NCBI GenBank assembly: GCA_900318375.1
Contig: ONKG01000006.1
Coordinates: 311-64,310, forward strand
DNA: 64,000 nucleotides
Direction of reading: 5' to 3'
Source of the DNA: an uncultured Lachnospiraceae bacterium
GTDB taxonomy: Bacteria; Bacillota; Clostridia; Lachnospirales; Lachnospiraceae
Part shown: positions 60,079-64,000 of the stretch, in pieces
How the letters are laid out: each line of letters starts with the position of its first letter
Numbering within the stretch: the first letter of the stretch is position 1
Translations under genes and position numbers: made by a program
The notes under the pieces: model-generated
Databases searched by the model: none
Told to the model about the DNA's origin: nothing
What the model saw: the letters and a program-made list of their open reading frames with translations, nothing else

Positions 60079-60411
60079 TCACTCCTGACGATGGGAAGCT
60101 GCCTCCAGTTTCATCTGGGTGGCGACAAGTTCATGTTTCAGATCGGACAGATCCTGCTCCCTTTCCTCCAGGAGCTTCTGCATCTGACGGATTTCGCTGC
60201 GTGCCTTGAAATAGTCGTCGGCGAGATTGAGCTGCAGCAGGACATTGCGCATGTCAAAGGGGACATTCCGATAGTCCTCGTCACTGCGCAGCTGGGCGAT
60301 CTTACCGTTCAGATACGATGCCACCTCCTGCAGATACTCTTCACTCTCATTTCCGCTCAGTGTATAGGTTTTACCGCCGATGGTGACTTTCGTCGCGTTC
60401 TTGGAAGCCAT
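60079..60411 (-). CDS. zapA: Cell division protein ZapA
   Basis: VTIGGKTYTLSG.ESEEYLQEVASYLN, LNLADDYFK, coiled coil. Confidence 0.88.
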   Translation of the reverse strand: MASKNATKVTIGGKTYTLSGNESEEYLQEVASYLNGKIAQLRSDEDYRNVPFDMRNVLLQLNLADDYFKARSEIRQMQKLLEEREQDLSDLKHELVATQMKLEAASHRQE

Positions 60412-60562
60412 ATCACTTTCTCCTGTCTTTTATAATCTGTTTACGGGAGCTCCGGAGAGCTGTTGTCATAAAAAGCCGCCTTTTTCGGATGTTCCGTGGG
60501 ACTGTAGTCTGTGCGTCTTTGAGAGACCCCTTTACGGGAACTCTGAGAGGCCTTTTGTCTTA

Positions 60563-60690
60563 TGTAAAAGGCCTGTCACTTGTCTCTGTAAACAGGCTTT
60601 TCACTTATTTATGTAAAAATTTATGTAAAAACGTTTTCATTGTCTCTGTAAAAAGCCTTTCACTTGTCTGTGTAAAAAAGCCTTTCACCC
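60563..60690. repeat. Degenerate tandem repeat, about 24-bp unit x5
   Basis: TGTAAAAAGCCTTTCACTTGTCTC and variants immediately 3' of ruvB. Confidence 0.8.
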
Positions 60691-60695
60691 GGGAC

Positions 60696-61715
60696 TTAAT
60701 CCCGATCCGCCGGTGCGGCAAAGCCCATATGTTCATAGGCTCTGGAAGTCGCCATACGTCCGCGGGGCGTCCGGTTGATAAAGCCGTTCTGGAGCAGGTA
60801 GGGCTCGATAAGGTCCTCGATGGTACCTGCATCCTCTCCGATCGAGGCCGCAAGGGTATCGATGCCGGCCGGGCCGCCGCCGAATGTTTCGATCAGAGTC
60901 ATCAGAAAGCGCCGGTCCGCCCTGTCAAGGCCCATCTTGTCCACTTCCATGAGGTCAAGGGCGATGTTCGCCACCTCCCCGGTGATCACGCCGTCATAGC
61001 GCACCTGGGCAAAGTCACGGACTCTCTTGAGGATCCGGTTTGCCAGACGCGGCGTGCCGCGGCTCCTGCGGGCAAGCTCATAGGCTCCCTCTCCGGCAAT
61101 GGCGACATTGAGTTTTGCGGCAGAATTTTCGATTATGGCGGAAAGCTCCTCCGGCGTGTAGAATTCCAGCCTATGGATCTCCCCGAAACGGTCCCTGAGC
61201 GGCGCCGACAGAAGGCCGGCCCTTGTGGTCGCTCCCACCAGAGTAAACCTGGGGAGATTGAGCCGGATCGATTTGGCATCCGACCCCTTTCCGATCAGGA
61301 TATCGATGGCGAAATCCTCCATGGCGGGATAGAGGACCTCTTCCACCTGTTTGTTGAGACGGTGGATCTCATCAACAAACAGGATGTCACCCTCTCCGAG
61401 TCCATTGAGGACCGAAGCCATCTCACCCGGCTTCTCGATCGCAGGGCCCGAGGTCACGCGCATCTTCACACCCATCTCATTTGCTATAATACCCGCGATC
61501 GTCGTCTTTCCGAGTCCGGGAGGTCCGTAAAACAGTATATGATCGAGGGATTCCCCCCTCTGCTTTGCCGCCTGGATGGAAATTTTCAGGTTTTCCTTGA
61601 TCCTCTCCTGCCCGATATACTCTGAAAGGCTCCTTGGCCGGAGAGAATTCTCGATCCTGGAATCCTCGGATGTAAATCTGGTTTCAATTACTCTTTTGTC
61701 CATACCTGTGGCCAT
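60696..61715 (-). CDS. ruvB: Holliday junction branch migration helicase
   Basis: [31 protein letters not shown]. Confidence 0.97.
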   Translation of the reverse strand: MATGMDKRVIETRFTSEDSRIENSLRPRSLSEYIGQERIKENLKISIQAAKQRGESLDHILFYGPPGLGKTTIAGIIANEMGVKMRVTSGPAIEKPGEMASVLNGLGEGDILFVDEIHRLNKQVEEVLYPAMEDFAIDILIGKGSDAKSIRLNLPRFTLVGATTRAGLLSAPLRDRFGEIHRLEFYTPEELSAIIENSAAKLNVAIAGEGAYELARRSRGTPRLANRILKRVRDFAQVRYDGVITGEVANIALDLMEVDKMGLDRADRRFLMTLIETFGGGPAGIDTLAASIGEDAGTIEDLIEPYLLQNGFINRTPRGRMATSRAYEHMGFAAPADRD

Positions 61716-61850
61716 GTTCTCCTGTTCACAAACATGTATGATTCAAGACCCGCCTGCTTCGTTCCCAAGGCGCGCCTGCAATGGTCCGATCCTCTCATTT
61801 GCGCCCACCCCTGCTGCAGCCGCACCGGCGGCCAGGCGCTGACCAGCTCT

Positions 61851-62495
61851 TTACAGATACCGCAGAGCTTCCTGAAGGATAGCGCCGGTATCTTCCTTCT
61901 GCGTGCATTTCCTGACGGCACGGGCAGCTTCGGCACGCATATAGCCAAGGGCCATCAGAGCTTCGACCGCATCTGAAGCGGGTGTGGATTCTCCTTCCGC
62001 CGAAGTCCCTGCCCCCTCGCCGCCGGAGAGTACTGCTCCGGCAGCCGCGCCGGCCCCGAACTGTGTTTCTCCGGATGGCGCGTATGCAGAGGAAATCTTG
62101 TCCCTCAGGTCGAGGATCAGCCTCTCCGCCGTCCTTTTGCCGATGCCGGGCGCCCGCGAGATCATCTTTGCGTCCCCGGACACAATGGCAAAACGCAGAT
62201 CATCCGCGGATAATACGGACAAAAGACTCAGGCCTCCCCTGGGACCTATCCCGCTGACAGTGATCAGCTGCCTGAACAGGGCCAGGTCGTCACGGGAGCG
62301 GAAACCATAGAGCGCGATCTGATCCTCCCTCAGATATGTATATGTATAGAGCTTTACTGCGTTTCCCGTCCCGACTGCCGAGAGGGCGCCGGCGGTCTCC
62401 GCTGAAATCTTCACCTCATATCCGACACCTCCGACATCGATGATGACCGTGTCCGTACCCAGATATTCGATGATTCCCGATAAAAATGCAATCAT
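61851..62495 (-). CDS. ruvA: Holliday junction DNA-binding protein
   Basis: MIAFLSG, GGVGYE, LYGF, VSGIGPR, PGIGKRTAERLILDLRDK, ALMALGY; start at ATG 62495. Confidence 0.96.
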   Translation of the reverse strand: MIAFLSGIIEYLGTDTVIIDVGGVGYEVKISAETAGALSAVGTGNAVKLYTYTYLREDQIALYGFRSRDDLALFRQLITVSGIGPRGGLSLLSVLSADDLRFAIVSGDAKMISRAPGIGKRTAERLILDLRDKISSAYAPSGETQFGAGAAAGAVLSGGEGAGTSAEGESTPASDAVEALMALGYMRAEAARAVRKCTQKEDTGAILQEALRYL

Positions 62496-62860
62496 AATCT
62501 GTATAACCAATCGTCTGCCTGAAGCCGGCAGCTTTCCATTTTAATGCTTTCCTTTTAAATACTGACAGAATAGTTTACCTGAAAAAGCGTCTTCATGCAA
62601 CAATTGTATGAAAAGGAAATTGTGAAATTGTATGAAAAAGAACTCACACAAGGTACTCCGCCGGGAAACAGCAGTCTCCAGTGAACAATTTCCTATACAC
62701 AATCTACTTTATATTATTCCATACTATTCCTGTGAAATACTATTCCCGTGAACAATCTCCTGCAGCAGTTTACAAGGCGGCACAAACGCCCTGAGATCAC
62801 ATTGCGGATGCCGCGCTGACCAGCGGCAGGTCGGAAAGATCATAAGAAAAAAATCATAAG

Positions 62861-62905
62861 AAAAAAATATCCCCCGCACAGATTTTTTAGGTCTGTGCGG
62901 GGGAT
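62861..62905 (-). terminator. Intrinsic terminator downstream of ilvC
   Basis: ATCCCCCGCACAGA/TCTGTGCGGGGGAT stem with T-run on the minus strand. Confidence 0.8.
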
Positions 62906-63032
62906 TTCGTTCTCGATCAATATCTAAAAGGCAGCGCCTTCATGCATGCCGCTTACGCCGGAAGGTTTTGGCGGCTCAAAAGCGGAAGCCCATAAGACAG
63001 CGCATTGCCGCGCGCTCTGTCCTTCAAAGGGA

Positions 63033-64000
<968 letters not shown>

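Noticed and set aside
62500-62760. LexA/SOS box upstream of ruvA
   Set aside because: No convincing GAAC-N4-GTTC found; only short local duplications.

Overview
Core-chromosome window from a moderately GC-rich anaerobic Firmicute; protein styles and gene order suggest Lachnospiraceae (inference). Almost all genes are on the minus strand. In order: a NuoE/NuoF-like (HydC/HydB-type) electron-bifurcation module whose NuoF-like gene is broken by an apparent deletion/frameshift; TetR and MocR regulators; glnS; aspartate-pathway genes (aspartokinase, hom, ACT regulator, dapA, dapB); YfhO; YerC/TrpR-like regulator; cold-shock protein; His6-type HisA; CobO; argS; queH; purL; a K+-dependent membrane pyrophosphatase; a Ptb-like acyltransferase; an amino-sugar/envelope block (nagB, glmM, mutY, GT2, glmS, polyprenyl sugar transferase); holA; a MarR-RND efflux operon; a LytTR two-component system with a BTAD regulator; an LTA-synthase-family protein; tRNA-Gly(CCC); smpB; secG; PBP; FtsW/RodA; U32; zapA; ruvBA; partial ilvC. 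I saw no CRISPR array, prophage or transposase. The most notable signals are non-coding. (1) A complete glmS ribozyme sits directly upstream of nagB-glmM, about 5 kb from glmS, which suggests NagB may be used biosynthetically. (2) A multi-hairpin leader with promoter and terminator-like stem precedes the aspartokinase and matches no riboswitch I recognise. (3) There are several dispersed or palindromic intergenic elements and many unrelated minisatellites. All calls are by eye from the sequence; no database search was run.
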